A DNA stretch of 64,000 bases. Source: the human T2T-CHM13v2.0 reference genome, Homo sapiens. The notes under the pieces are model-generated. The model was not told where the DNA came from. It made no database searches and saw only the letters and a program-made list of their open reading frames with translations. The DNA lies in NCBI RefSeq assembly GCF_009914755.1, contig NC_060935.1; one strand, 5' to 3'. A program made the position numbers and the translations under genes. Below are positions 29,750 to 44,227 of this stretch, piece by piece; position 1 is the stretch's first letter, and each line of letters begins with the position of its first letter.

Positions 29750-31339
29750 GTAAGTATTTTATCTTCATAGCTTGAAGAATTTGTGCCTTTGAGAAGTTTC
29801 TCTGAAGCTTAATCGGAATGGGAAAATTTCAGAATGGTACCTTTTAAATAATCTTAACAAAGAGCAAGTTTAACCTGAGTGGTCAACTTTTGCAGCAGAT
29901 GATTGAAATGCTAATATTTCTAGACTGTGTCCTGTCTTCCAAAGATACAATAACCATGTTTGTGAAGTTCATACCTATTTTTCCTTTTCCTTTGCAGTTT
30001 TATTTGCCCTCTTTCCTTCTTTTGGAGTCTGATTAGGGTTTTGTTTTGGGGTTTTTTTTTTTTTGGTTTTTTGTTTTTTGAGAAAAGTGAATAAGAGAGG
30101 AATTACCTGGAGCTAAGATTTTAAAAATAATTTCTGAAAGACTGATAAATTATTTCTTTTTTTAGGAAGATTCCAAATTTGGCCTCGAAGGGAAATCAGG
30201 TCATCTTTAATAGAGCCACAAATCTATAGAGCAGAAGCTCCCCCAGGTGCAGATAGATGTTTCCTAGCTTGATATATAGGAGAGGAAAAAATACAGGAAT
30301 TGCCCTCCCCTTTTTAAGACATTTGATAATTCACATCTGCTGGCACTTGAGCCCATATCAGATACTTTTTAGTATTATGAAAGCTCAGTGTTTGGTTCTA
30401 AACCAGTTAATTCTTCTATGTTAGATATATACACATAGTTCTTTACTTGGGTTTTTGTGACCAGTGCTTTTTCTGTGTATACCTTTTACAGTAGTTCAGC
30501 AGTAAATGTATACTGTGCCTTGTGACACATCAAGTTTACGCTTTTTCTTCCTTCCAGAGTATTTTGGCTACTGATAAGTAAGAACTACCTAATTCCTGGA
30601 GACTATATTTCTGTTCTATATAAAGAGCTTTCTATAGTTTATCCTCTCCTTAGGAACATGAACATTATCTTTATAGCTCTATTCTTTTTCGGTAGCCTTT
30701 GCAGTGTTCTATTTCGTCTTCCTCTCCATTTTCCTAGATCTGCGATGTGTATTTAGAAGCTTGTTGTATGCTTTGGATGAAGACTAACAATTTAGGAACC
30801 TCTGACTAGAAATACTATACTAATATTTTTCTTAGCAGTGATAGAAACATTAATACTAGTTCAGGCATGCCATTGGCTTGGTAGTGATAGAAACATTTTA
30901 AGTGGTAATTGGGAAGTAAGGTGTGGCTTCTCTGTGTGTTTGTTTTTTGAGAACCCTTGAAATACCTTTTTTGGAAGGAACTGAGTCCACAAGTCCTCAA
31001 AAAGCACTCATCGGAGGGATGAGTTGATTAGAACAGAATTAGCATGCTAACGTAAATCTCTTTGACATTACAAATATTTTATCACCTGTGTGAATAGACG
31101 TCTTTAGATTACGTACAGTTAGCATAGATGAAAAAGTCTCTCTGGGGATTCAGAAAAGCTTGAAACTACTGAGTAGAATCATAGCAACTGGTGACATTCT
31201 GCTTTAGTGTAGGGTCTTATTATAAGCCCACTTCAAACTTTAGAGATTATACATTGCTTTCTCGGGGTAAAATTCATTAGCTGAGTACTTAACAAAAATG
31301 CTAGTTACTCACATATTATTTATTTTAAACTTTCTTGGC

Positions 31340-31703
31340 TTTTTTTTTTTTTTTTTTTTTTTTTTGAGACAAGATCTCGCTGTGTGGCCCAGGATGGAGT
31401 ATAATGGCGGGATCATGACTCACTGCAGCCTCAACCTCCTGGGCTCAAGTGATCCTCCTACCTAAGACTCCAAAGTAGCTGGGACTACAGGTGCACACCA
31501 CTGCACCCAGCTGTTTTGTTTGTTTGTTTGTTTTTTTAATAGAGATGAGGTTGTTGAAGGAATGATTTGCCAGGGGAAAAAAAAAAAAGAAAGAAATAGT
31601 AGAGACAAAGTCTCGCCATGTTGCCCAGGCTGATCTCTGTCTCCTGAGCTCAAGCAGTCCTCCCAAAATGCTGGGATTAAAGGCATAAGCCACCGCACCT
31701 GGC
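31340..31703 (-). mobile_element. AluJ with an internal non-Alu insertion
   Basis: antisense Alu arms separated by an extra ~50 nt ending in + strand polyA. Confidence 0.85.
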
Positions 31704-32083
31704 TTCTTAGCCATTTTTAGAGCTACTTTGTGAACTAGATTTACTTTGTGCATCTTAAAAGGAAACCAAGTGTTTGCTTTGTATTGACTTTTTTTGTTAC
31801 ATTTCTGCCCAGTGCGGTCAGTTGGTTATTTATTCCATTTCCCCTTATTTGTCCCTTTCTACCTGTTAGAGTCTATTAAACGTGTATGGATGCGTTTTCT
31901 GATCTACAATTTTAATAATACTTAATTTTATTAATACTTTTGTGGGTTACTGTAGGAAATGAGAGATTCAGCAAGGGAATTCTGAGTTAGACCATAGCTG
32001 CTGCTTAACCGCTGTCATGGTGTCTGAACAGATTCCTGCTAACAGTATTTGGTTCAAGAAAATAAGTTATGTCTTTTTAAAGC

Positions 32084-32290
32084 TGTCTTAGTGTGTTCAG
32101 GCCACTGTAACAAAATACCATAGACTGCTTGGTTTAAGCAATAGAAACTTATTTTCTCACAGTTCTGGAGGTTAGAAGATCAAGATCAGGATGTCAGTGT
32201 GATCAGGTCAGAAGATTCCCTTGCTGGCTTGCAGATGGCTGCCTTCTTGCTGTTTGTCTCACATGGCCTTTCCTCCGTGTTTGCCAATGC
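32084..32290. mobile_element. MLT1-type MaLR LTR fragment
   Basis: tgtcttagt...tgtaacaaaataccatagactg...ctcacagttctggagg. Confidence 0.75.
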
Positions 32291-35200
32291 CCTTTCTTTA
32301 GTTTCTATGATATTACATCAACCTGGTTCTTTATTCTTTGTAATTATTTTGTCTCTCTTTATTTGATTGTTTTTTCCCTCCTGTTTTATACATGTAGGCA
32401 TGACCCAAGTTTCTGTCCCCAATCTTTCTTCCAGTCTCCAGTCTAAGTGTCCCATAAATTCAGAGTGACCAAACTGGAGTTCATCATTGTTCTCTACAGC
32501 TGGAAATCAGTCTTCCTCTTTATTTCCCTAATTCTTATAATGACACTGTCATTTTTCCACTCACCTAGTCTTATATTTCCTTAAAGTTATATTTGACTTC
32601 TCCATTTTCCGTCGTCCCCTGTGGTCAGCTATTTGCCAGGTCCCCTTGATTCTACCATCACAATATTTTTCATCCTTCACTCTTTGGTTTCAACCCCACT
32701 GCCTTGTCCATCATTTTATTAGACTATTATAATAGATTCGTAACTTACTTTTATTTCAGTTTCACATTGATTCATTAACTTTTCTCCATTCTATATTCTG
32801 CCTTGACTTGTCAGATTAATATTACTAAAGTAAGAATTTGGTCATTCACTTGCTAAGAAAGTACAGGTAGTTATTAAGATAATGCCACAATTTGTTTCCA
32901 ATTTATTCTACTCTGATTCTCCTTCAGCGTTTCATTTTCCAAAACATGTTTTGGCATTCTTCCTTTGCACATGCCATTTCTGTTGTCTTGAGTGAATTAC
33001 CACCTATAACTTAGAATCCTACTCATCTTTCAAGGCTTAATTCAAGTACTGCCTTTTCCTAGGATTGCCCAGCTACTTTTGTTGTTTCTGAATGTTGACA
33101 TCTGTTTTGTATTTAATTACTTATATTTATGTTTATCTTTACATCTCCCATAATGCTGAACATATTGGAGACACTCATTAAGTGAGTTTTGAATGAATGA
33201 TTGTTGAGATTGACATAGGAAGTATTTTAGTAGAGAAAATTGATGGAATAAGATCTTCACTCATCCTAATTGAATCTTTCTTTCCTTCTGAAAAACTTGA
33301 AGATAGAAGAAAATGTAACTTGGAGACATTTTTCTGGTAGTGGTCTGAAAGAATGAAATCAGCATACTTGGAATTTAAGGCTCTTCTTGCTGGCAAGACT
33401 GTGCATTTAGAATCAAGAAGCTTCTTAATCAAAGGATTATCTGAGGTCTTACTCATAAAACATGTATGTCTGGCACCAGTTTAAAATGAGCTGTTTTTAT
33501 GAGGTTGCACATGGCCCTTCTCCACTCCCTTCCCTGAAGCTGATTCTTAAGAGCTGAAACCTAGAGAAGTTTGGTCATGAAATAAAATAAAAGGTGAAGA
33601 AAGACTAATGTGCTTTCACTAAAGTCAATGTAATATGGAAGATTTAACAGGTTATCTTACATGTTTAACACTCCATTTTCATTAATATGCCCCACACCCT
33701 ATTTTCATTATAGGAGTTATGGCCTTCTTTCAGGAACAGTTATAGAATGACACTTCATTTTTTTTTCACTTTCAAAATATGATCATTGGTAATTATCTAT
33801 TGAGTAAGAAGGAAGCAGTCTTTTTATGTTGGTTTTAAGTGCCACATTGTAATAACAGAAAAAATATGTCTTTTGTTATGATAAGGAAATAAAAGAAATG
33901 GATAGTATTTATGTAAATTTGATATAACATCTTTACTTCACTGATGAGATGAAGCATGATATCAGGTTTATCAGCTTCTAGGCAAAATATGATTTTTAAG
34001 AGACAGGAAATAAAGTTTGTTTTGTAACTAGAGGAGTTATTTTGGGGTAGATGGAAAAATCAAATTATTATAGTTGGAATTTTGCCAGGGCAGAAGGTTA
34101 ATTAGCGTTCTTATAGAAATGTTCCTCTACTTTGCATAGTCTTCAAGGCTGTGATTTTTTTTCTAATTAGAAAATGTTTGAGTATTTTATTTAAAATTTC
34201 CTTTGTGTATAAAATTCAAATTTATTTAATAACTATTTAGTGAGCACCCATTACATGCCAGGCACTATACTAAGGCATAGAGATACAAAGATATAAGTGA
34301 CTCTACCTACTTTCTGGTTGTTCACAGTCTGGTACAAAAGAATTGCAATACATTTTGATAAGTGCAGTGATAGAGATATGCACTCATTTACCATTACTCT
34401 ATATGCACTTAAAAAAACAGCTGTGAAGAAATACTCATATGGCACCAAGAACAATGGGACGGAAGAAGTATTACTAGGACTAAGTCTTTTGTTTTTTTGA
34501 AAAACGTGTTTATTATTACTGTTATTTTTTGTAGAGAAGAGGTCTTGCTAAGTTGCCCAGGCTGTGCTCAAACTCCTGGCCTCAACCAGTCCTCTTGCCT
34601 TGGCCTCCCAAAACGTTGGGATTACAGGTGTGATCCACGGTGCCTGCCTGTTAGGATTACGTTTGAAGGAAGTTTAACTTTTTATACCAGTCTCACTGGT
34701 TTTACTTTTTGAACACTCTGCCTGTGTCTATGCAAAGTGCTGGCATATAGCACATATCAAAGTAATTAGGTGGCCTTACAGAACTCATATTCACAGATAG
34801 ATACATTTGTATGGAAGTTATGATTAATAATCTTTATACCAGATGATAAAGGATTTAGCAACAAAACAAAACCATGGACTATATGAGTTGTAGAAATCAG
34901 AAAAAGTAAAAGTGATGAAAGCTGGTTTTTGGGTTTTTTTTTAATTAATGAAATTTGAAGATTGCTATTTTGGAGTTATGAGTCTACTTTTATCTTTGGC
35001 TTTCTCTGTAACATACAGGGCCTATTTTCTGTACCATTTTCTGATTCTTAAACATTGTCATTTTTTTCTCCATTTGTTTTCAGTATTGTCCTGCCAGGAT
35101 TTTATGTTCTTTGAGAACAGAAACTCCAAGTAGTCTTGGGTTCTTCACAGCACCTATGAACTGCAGTGTTAAATAACTAGTATGGACAGATGCTCAATGC

Positions 35201-36416
35201 AAATTTGCTAAAACAAACAAAAGAAGTAGGATTTTTGTGTGTGTATGTCAAAAAGGATAGTACAAAGATATGATAATGTAGCCAGTATTGGTGATTTTAG
35301 TTCTACAGAGGGTGGAATTTTTCCCTCTGTGGTAGGTTAAAACAGCTTCTGGTCAACAAATAGAATATTTCTCTGAAGAAAAAGGGAAAACATTTCATTT
35401 GATTTTGAATGAGAGGGAACATAATAGATTTGAGCATTTGAAGGACTGGATTTCTGAATTTTGAATGGTAGGATGGCTTCGTTTTCAGTTAATTATTACC
35501 ACAGATCTAAATTTATGCAGACACCACAGATAGACAGGACAGAATAGTATTGTTAATTTGAATTTTATAGATTCTGAATTGACTGTATGTGTAACACTTT
35601 TTATATTGGTCTACTGATTTAAAGTACATGTTAAAGTACATCAATCTCACATTAGCAGGTAAATATAAAATAATAAATGTGGCTAATACAGTGGATTTGG
35701 GGAGAAGAAAAAATTGAATAGGATGTGTGCATAGTTCTTTTTCCTTTTCCTCTTTATTCTTTGTCCCTCATCTCCTTTTGCTGTAGAATTAAGAGGGAAG
35801 GTTATCAGACTGAGACTGTTATGAATTGGAGATAAGAGATTTGCTGTATTCTGAAGTAATACTAATAGGTTTTCTTGATTCTTATTAATCTGTTAGGATT
35901 CTAGGCATATTTATAAAATTGACTGTGCATGGTGCTGTTTTTTTCTCTCCGATGACCTCCCTTTCTGAGCTTCCTTTCATCTCTAGACTTGTCTACTTGT
36001 CTGAATTTCATTAATTCATAAGCAATTTTTTTAAGTTTCCTTCTGTCCCAGAATACATGCAAGGTTCTGAGATAAGATTGTGATGAAGATACAGCCCCTG
36101 CACCTTTGGAGCATAAAATCCAATGAAAGAATAAAAACAAATACAAATCAGTGTGAGTAAGGGTGATACAGTAGGAGTACACAGAGGGTGCAGTGGGAGT
36201 CTGTAAGAGGGGCACCTAACTTCAGTATGCATATTTAGGAAAAGCTTGTAAGAAGACTGATTCTTTTCTTAAGGACGTCCAGCTGTCTCTCATCTTCTAA
36301 AGCTGCCTATAACAAGAAGCTCTGCCCTTTTAAATTTCCCTTCTGTCTTCCTTACCCATCCAAAACTACTTTCCTTGTTTGCTAAAAAACAAAACTTAGA
36401 CATAAATCATAATTGA

Positions 36417-36682
<266 letters not shown>

Positions 36683-37264
36683 GAATTGATTCTCTTAAGG
36701 ATCATTTGCATTAATTGATAGGAGTTTATTAACATAAAAGTACTTACAATTGTACTAGTAGCATGGATAGAGGAGAAAATCCAAGGTCAACCTCCCCTTA
36801 ATCATAATAAAATAATATTTAACGTGTAGGAACCCTTAATATTTGTTAGACATTAAGCTAACTACTTTATATATTTTTTTATTCAAGTGAGAGGTGCAAA
36901 CATAGCAAACTCCTTGACTCCAAATACCCGTTTCCCTCATGTTTTACAGGTGTCCTGTTCTCTGCAGGCATCTGAAAAAAGGTCTATTTAAGAAGCCCAG
37001 GTTGCTTAGCACTGCAGTCACCCATATTAGAAACCTTTAATTCATTAATTTTCAGCTTTTGTGAGGTGAGGTGGGAGAATGGAGAAGCACGAATATAGTA
37101 TGAAAAAACGTATTCAGTGTTATAATTGCCTTGATTTCTAAAGTCACAGTATCTAATTTATTTTGAAATTTCAAATAACTATAAGGGAGGTTGTGAAATA
37201 TTTGTTTCCAAAAGCAAGCATGGATTTTAAAAGGTTCCTGTAAAATGCTGCTTAGTCTAATAAT

Positions 37265-37553
<289 letters not shown>

Positions 37554-37809
37554 AGAATCTCTGATTCTATTTATTATATGCTAGAATTTATAAAGAATGC
37601 TTTTTTTAAACTTGATTTATATATTCATATCCTATTTTATAGGTGTCCTAATTACTTGAAGGAAGTAACACTGAACAGATAACAAAGGTTGAATTCTAAT
37701 GTGTTATCACCTGACCTCATTACAATTTATTGTTTTGTGAGAGTGGTGAATATGTTATTTAGTATTTAGAAGTCTCTAGAATTTAGGGGTAACACATTTT
37801 TAAATGTTG

Positions 37810-39330
37810 AAAATCAACTTTATTGAGGTAAAATTTACATAAAATAAGATGCACTAATTGTAAGTGTATGGTTAGAAAATTTTGACAAATGACTATGCAT
37901 ACTCATGTAAACATTATCTTAAGAAACAGAACATTTCCATCACTGCAGAAAGTTCCTTCATTTCATTTTGCAGTCATTCCCACTCCTCTTCCGTGCTTCT
38001 CCCCTAGGCAGTTGCTATTCTGCTTTTTGTTGTTTTAGTTTAGTTTTTCCTTTTCTATGTTGGAGTCATGTAGTGTTTACTTTCTTACATACTGGTTTCT
38101 TTTGCTTACCATGATGTTTTTATGTTTCATCCATGTTTGTTGTATGAGTAGTCCTTTTCTTCCTTCCTAATACATTGTATGGACATACGACAGTTTGTTT
38201 ATCCATTCATCCGTTGATAGACATTTGAGTTTCTAGTTTTGGGCTCTTATGAATAAAACTGCTGTGAACATTTGTGTATGTCTTTCTGTGGACACAAATT
38301 GTTCTTTCTCTTCAGAGTAAAATTAATGGATCATATGCAAATATATGCTTACCTTTATAAGAAATTTCCAAACAGTTTTCCAGAATGTTAGCACATTCCC
38401 ACCAGCAATGTTATAATGTTCTAAGAGTTCTAGTTGCTCCACCTCTTTGCTACCACTGTTTATGATTAGCCAGACTAGTTGGTGTATAGTGGTATCTCAT
38501 TGTGGTTTTAATTTGTATTTTCCTGACGACTGCAGCTGTTAAGCACCTTTACATGTGCTTATTGGCCATTGGTCTATCTTTGTAATGTGTTTATTTAAGT
38601 ATTTTGCCCCCTTTAACATTTGTCTTCCATTATTGGCTGGAGAGTTGCATATAATCTGGATACAAATTCTTTATCAGATATCCATATTGTGAATATTTTC
38701 TCTGTGGTTTGCCTTTTCATTTTCTTTTTCTTTTTCTTTCTTTTTTTTTGTGACAGAGTCTCGCTCTGTCGCCCAGGCTGGACCCGCCTCCCAGGTTGGA
38801 CCCGCCTCCCAGGTTCACGCCATTCTTCTGCCTCAGCCTCCCGAGTAGCTGGGACTACAGGCACCCGCCACCACGTTCGGCTAATTTTTTTGTATTTTTA
38901 GTAGAGACAGGGTTTCACTGTGTTAGCCAGGATGGTCTCGATCTCCTGACCTCATGATCCGCCCTTCTCGGCCTCCCAAAGTGCTGCGATTACAGGCCCG
39001 GCCTGCCTTTTCATTTTCTTACCAGTGTCTTTAGAAGAGCAAATGTTTTAAATTTTTGTCCAGTTTCCTAGGTTTTTTTTCTTTTATGGTTTATAAACCC
39101 ACCCTAAGGTCTTTTTTTAATGTTATAAAATATTTTGTTACATGTATTTTATCTGTTTTCTTTTTCTTTCTTTCTTCCTTTTTTGTTTTTTTAATACCCT
39201 AAGGTCTTGACGATTTCCTTTTGTGTTATCTTATGAAAAATTTTAGCTTATGTTTAGGCCCATGATCTGCTTTAATTTTTGTGTAGGTCATGAGTTCAAG
39301 GGTTAAGGTTCATGTTAAGCTACAGTAGGC
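37810..39330 (-). mobile_element. L1M 3' fragment hosting an AluY
   Basis: antisense L1 motifs (cattcccaccagcaatgt, gtggtatctcattgtggtttta). Confidence 0.8.
38727..39003 (-). mobile_element. Internally rearranged AluY with 17-bp TSD
   Basis: TSD TGCCTTTTCATTTTCTT at 38710-38726 and 39004-39020. Confidence 0.92.
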
Positions 39331-40510
39331 TCATGTACTCATGATGTGTCATTATCAGCAAAAATAGATATGTATATACACTGTGTGTATATATATATAA
39401 TTTGTTATATGTATATGTTTTCTATGAGCCATTGTACACACAGTCTATATATATTTTTTATTAACATATCTTTAGCATATCGTTTGGTTGGTAAATCAGA
39501 CTTATATTTAAAAGATTGTGGCTTTTTGTATAAAAATCTTTAGAAAAAGTTTTTATTTTCTATTCATTATCTTTGTGTTGTTTTACCTGTTTTATATATT
39601 GACTTCGGTGAAATGCTTAGATCCTGCAAAGCTGAAAATATATGTTGTCTCTGGCTAACACAGAGTTCAAGATCTTCAGATCTGGTCTATGATAAAACAG
39701 CCCTGGGTACTAATCAGGGTTCTACCCTGGCAGGACATTTCTATTCCTCTGGCTGGGGCCCTCTTTCTCTCACCTTGCCCTGACAGTTTTCATTTGCTGT
39801 TTAGAAGAAACACAAATTCTCCCTTAGGAATCAGGTAAGTATATGAAAGAGATGAAGGAACTGGTTGAGCTCACAGATTCTTTATCTTTTCTATTTTTTT
39901 CTCTTTTCTGTTTCTGTTTTCTATAAGCCAGGGTTTTTCTTCCCCCTGAACTCTTCCTTTCTCTTCCCTTCTTTGGGGAATAACTTCAGGTACTCTGTAA
40001 GCACCTCCTTTCTTTTTACTGTTTTCCTGAGTATATTTTCTTGAGAGTGAGACTGGATTTCTGCAGAATTTTCCTTGAGATGCTCCTAGCCCCATGTCCT
40101 AAGATGGTTGATTTTTCTTGGGTTAAACACCAATTAGGGTACCAAAAACTCAGGGCAGTGGGGCAGGGGGAGAATTTTTTTACTACAGAGAAATAGCATG
40201 GATGTGAATGGGCTTTCCTTCTAGCTGTCTCATGTCTAATACTTAATATTTTGCAGTTTGCCATAGCTGTTTTTAATATTGGAGCAATTCTATTATACTC
40301 CGCCAGTGAGAAAACAGTATGTGTGACTCTGTGGTGTTCTTGTGTTTGCTTTGTTGATGGTGGTTAGTGTTCTTATTTTACCATGTGGATTTACATGTGC
40401 TACTTTTTGTTTCTCCAGATGGAACACAGTTTATTACTAATATATAATTATTGTCTTTTCCTTTCTCTGTTTTCTCTTCCTTCTTGTTTTACACTGTGGT
40501 TCTTGTGCAG

Positions 40511-40609
40511 GTCTTGTTCAGCGTTGCGTAATCATCCAGAAAGATGACAATGGATTTGGGCTGACGGTCAGTGGAGACAATCCAGTCTTCGTACAGTCTG
40601 TCAAAGAAG
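40511..40609 (+). CDS. ARHGEF12: ARHGEF12 exon 5, 99 nt, PDZ start LVQRCVIIQKDDNGFGLTVSGDNPVFVQSVKE
   Basis: tgcag|GTCTTG...AAAGAAG|gcaagg (GC donor); PDZ GFG loop. Confidence 0.96.
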
Positions 40610-41103
40610 GCAAGGCATTTTAAAAAACAATTTATCACTCAGTAAACAGAGTAAGAATAGAAAAGCTTAAATAATGGCAATTGCCAAGAATAGAATAATT
40701 ACATAGATTGCAGGTCATGTGGACTATTGTGCTAGATTCGTCTATCATGTCATAGTTACAGGAAGGAGTTTACTCCAGTTGATTTTTTTTTGTACTTGTT
40801 AGAAAGAAATCAGTTTTTATTTAGTTTTAGAAATCATGTGACTCCTTGGTCATGATACTTTATTGTCCACACAAAAGTTTCTGAAATTTCAGTTTTCCAT
40901 GGCACCACTGATATTTTGGCAAAGACAGATTAAAGAGATAGCTATGGCTTCAGAAATACCATTTATTTTCCCAAAACAACAGTGATAATATTTTCTACTG
41001 CTGTTACCATATATTGAATACTTCCTTTATGTTGGGTGCTATAATTTTGAGGTAGACAATTTTTTTATCCCCATTTTATAGGTGATATTGAGGCTTAGAG
41101 TAA

Positions 41104-41523
<420 letters not shown>

Positions 41524-41558
41524 TGAATCACATTTTAAGCAATTAATTTCTCATACAG

Positions 41559-41608
41559 ATGGAGCAGCCATGCGGGCTGGAGTACAGACAGGTGATCGAA
41601 TCATCAAG
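41559..41608 (+). CDS. ARHGEF12: ARHGEF12 exon 6, 50 nt, (D)GAAMRAGVQTGDRIIK
   Basis: atacag|ATGGAG...ATCAAG|gtaagg; PDZ motif AGVQTGDRI. Confidence 0.96.
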
Positions 41609-41909
41609 GTAAGGAAAAGGCTATTATAGAATTTACGGTAGGATTAAAAAACAACATATATTGGTCATATTCTGATTTTTTTCACTTGGATTTTTATAAA
41701 AAGCATCATACTTCTATGTATGATAGATCTGTTGACTATACAAACTTATTTCATTTGTTTTAAAATTAATACTACCCTTTACTGAAGGACGTAATAAAAG
41801 GATTGAAAATAATGGAGGAATATATGTTCTTGAGTAGGAGAGTAATTCAGGGTTGGAAAGATCATTTCTGTCTAGATTAGTCTGTTATTAAGCAATTCTC
41901 ATCAAAGTA

Positions 41910-42442
41910 CAAGTTGAACATTTCTAATCTGACACCTGAAATGCTCCCAACTCTGCAAGTTTTTGAGTACCAACATGACACCATGAATGGAAAATTTCAC
42001 ACCTGACCTCATGTGATGGGTCACAGTCAAAAGTTGGTTTCACCAGGTACAGTAGCTTGAGCCTGTATTACCAGCTACTCAGGAGGCTGAGGTGGGAGGA
42101 TTGCTTGAGTGCAGGAGCTGAGACTGCAGTGCACTTTGATCATACCTGAGAATAGCCACAGCACTTCAACCTGGGCAATATAGTGAGACCCTGTCTTTAC
42201 AAAACAAATAAAACCAAACCAAAACAAAAAACTTGGTTCCATGCACAAAAGTATTTAAAATGTATAAAACTACCTTCAGGCTATGTGTATAAGGTATATA
42301 TGAAACATAAAAGGCTCATATTTAAACCTGGGTCTGATCCCCAAGATGTATCATTATGTATATACAAATATTCCAAACTTCAAAAAAATCCAAAACACTT
42401 CTTCTGGTACCAGGTATTTCAGATAAGCGATACCTGACCTGT
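41910..42442. mobile_element. Tigger4/MER46-type DNA transposon relic with an Alu monomer inserted at about 42042-42230
   Basis: ta|caagttgaacat...cacacctgacctcatgtgatggg...gatacctgacctg|ta. Confidence 0.7.
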
Positions 42443-44113
42443 ATGCAAATAGAATTGTAGTGGTAGATGTCTATCTGATTATTCTTCCAGATGAACTTTA
42501 TAAAGATATAAGAATCACTAAAGATAAAAACATGTTATATGTATGTGTATGTATGAGAAGAGATGTATATGACTCTAATCTAGATATAGACCTACCAGTG
42601 GAACACAACAGAGAGACTAGAAATAGATTTTGAATTCAGATCAGTAGAGAAAGAATGGGTTAGTTAGTAACTATTCTTTAAATAATTGACTAATTTGATT
42701 ACTTAAAATCAAATTATTACATAAGAAAACATACCATGAAAAATAATTTGGAAGAAATATCTGAAACGTATCACAGACCAGATATCCTTAAATTTAAAGA
42801 ACACTTTTAAATTATAAGAAAGGAATAAATATTCTAAAAGAAAAATGGGCAAAGAATTTTATCAGGCAGTTCCCTAAAGTAACTGAAATACATAACATAT
42901 TAATGAGGATATGGCCAACCTCACTGATAACAAAGAAGAAGAAATTAAAATGATAGGTGAAAAATACATTTGGCTGTCAGAAAATTTAAAGATTGGTAAT
43001 ACACATTTAGTATAGTTTGGGTATGGTAAAATGACTATTCTCATGAGTTCGTTGTGAGTATAAATTAGGTAAAACCTGTTTGGATGAAAGTCTGTGAATA
43101 TGTATCAAAAGCCTTTAAGAAAGTATATAACATGTGACAAGCAATTTTGCTTTTAGGAACTTATCTGAGGAAATAAGTGTACAAATGTGAAGTCGTGTGT
43201 ACAGGGAAATTTGTACTGGCTTTATTACATAACTGTGCATAAACTGAGGGACAGAGAAATAAATTATATTCCATTTGCAGCTTTTGAAAAGAATGGATTA
43301 GGTCAGTGTGTATCTTTATTGAAAGATAGCTGCCGTACAGTGAAAAAAAAGTTTTATTTTTTTTTTCCAGGAAAAAGCCAGTCGTAATGTATAATGTTTA
43401 TGTGTCTCTTTGGTGTGTGTATACTAGAAAAGTGTCTCCAAAATTAAATGTCATAGCTAACAGTAACTGCCTCATGGGGCAGGATGAGTATACTTGTACT
43501 TCTGTTTTTTACACTGATATATTTGTATTTTAGATAACTTGGATCAGAGAATTAATCAGAAAATTAATGTTAAATCCACATTTGATAGTTTTGCCTTGAT
43601 TTGTTTGGTTTAATTCAGAATCGGGATAACATTTTCTACATTTAGCCGGTCTGAAAATTAATTTTCTTTGTGAAGATTAGATCATGGTTGAAAAACTAAA
43701 AGCAAATTGAATATTGTGGAAATACTTATTTTAAAAATTATTTTTTATTATTAATTTTGACAAATTGATGACTTGGTAATTAAAAGCAAAGAGATCTTTT
43801 CTATTTGTATGAGCCCTTCACCGTGAACGATTTGTAAATCTGTTTCATGTTATGTTTTGTCATTTGTCATGGTGAATAAGTTGTACTGTTTTGTATGTCA
43901 AGGCCTCGGTTTATGTTTAAGTTCATTTTGTTGCTGAATATGCCCTGTAGAATCATGGTGTGAAAATGAATATTGAATCAAATACATAAATATTTTAATG
44001 TAATGTGATTACTATATTATATTGGTTATATTATGTATGATAATTCTTGAAGTCATTTTATCCATTGTCTCAATAGAATGTATCTGACATACACTACTTT
44101 CGTTTTCTTACAG

Positions 44114-44171
44114 GTGAATGGAACTCTGGTGACTCATTCAAATCATCTGGAGGTGGTGAAGCTAATCAAAT
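44114..44171 (+). CDS. ARHGEF12: ARHGEF12 exon 7, 58 nt, VNGTLVTHSNHLEVVKLIK
   Basis: ttacag|GTGAAT...CAAAT|gtaggt; PDZ VNG and helix B. Confidence 0.96.
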
Positions 44172-44227
44172 GTAGGTGAATGTTATTCTTAGTTTTAATT
44201 GTTTTCTGAAACCCTTAAAGTAAGGAG

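Noticed and set aside
40405-40448. Strong-looking acceptor tttgtttctccag|ATGG 92 nt before exon 5
   Set aside because: Gives an early TAA, has no good donor, and the true acceptor has a much longer pyrimidine tract
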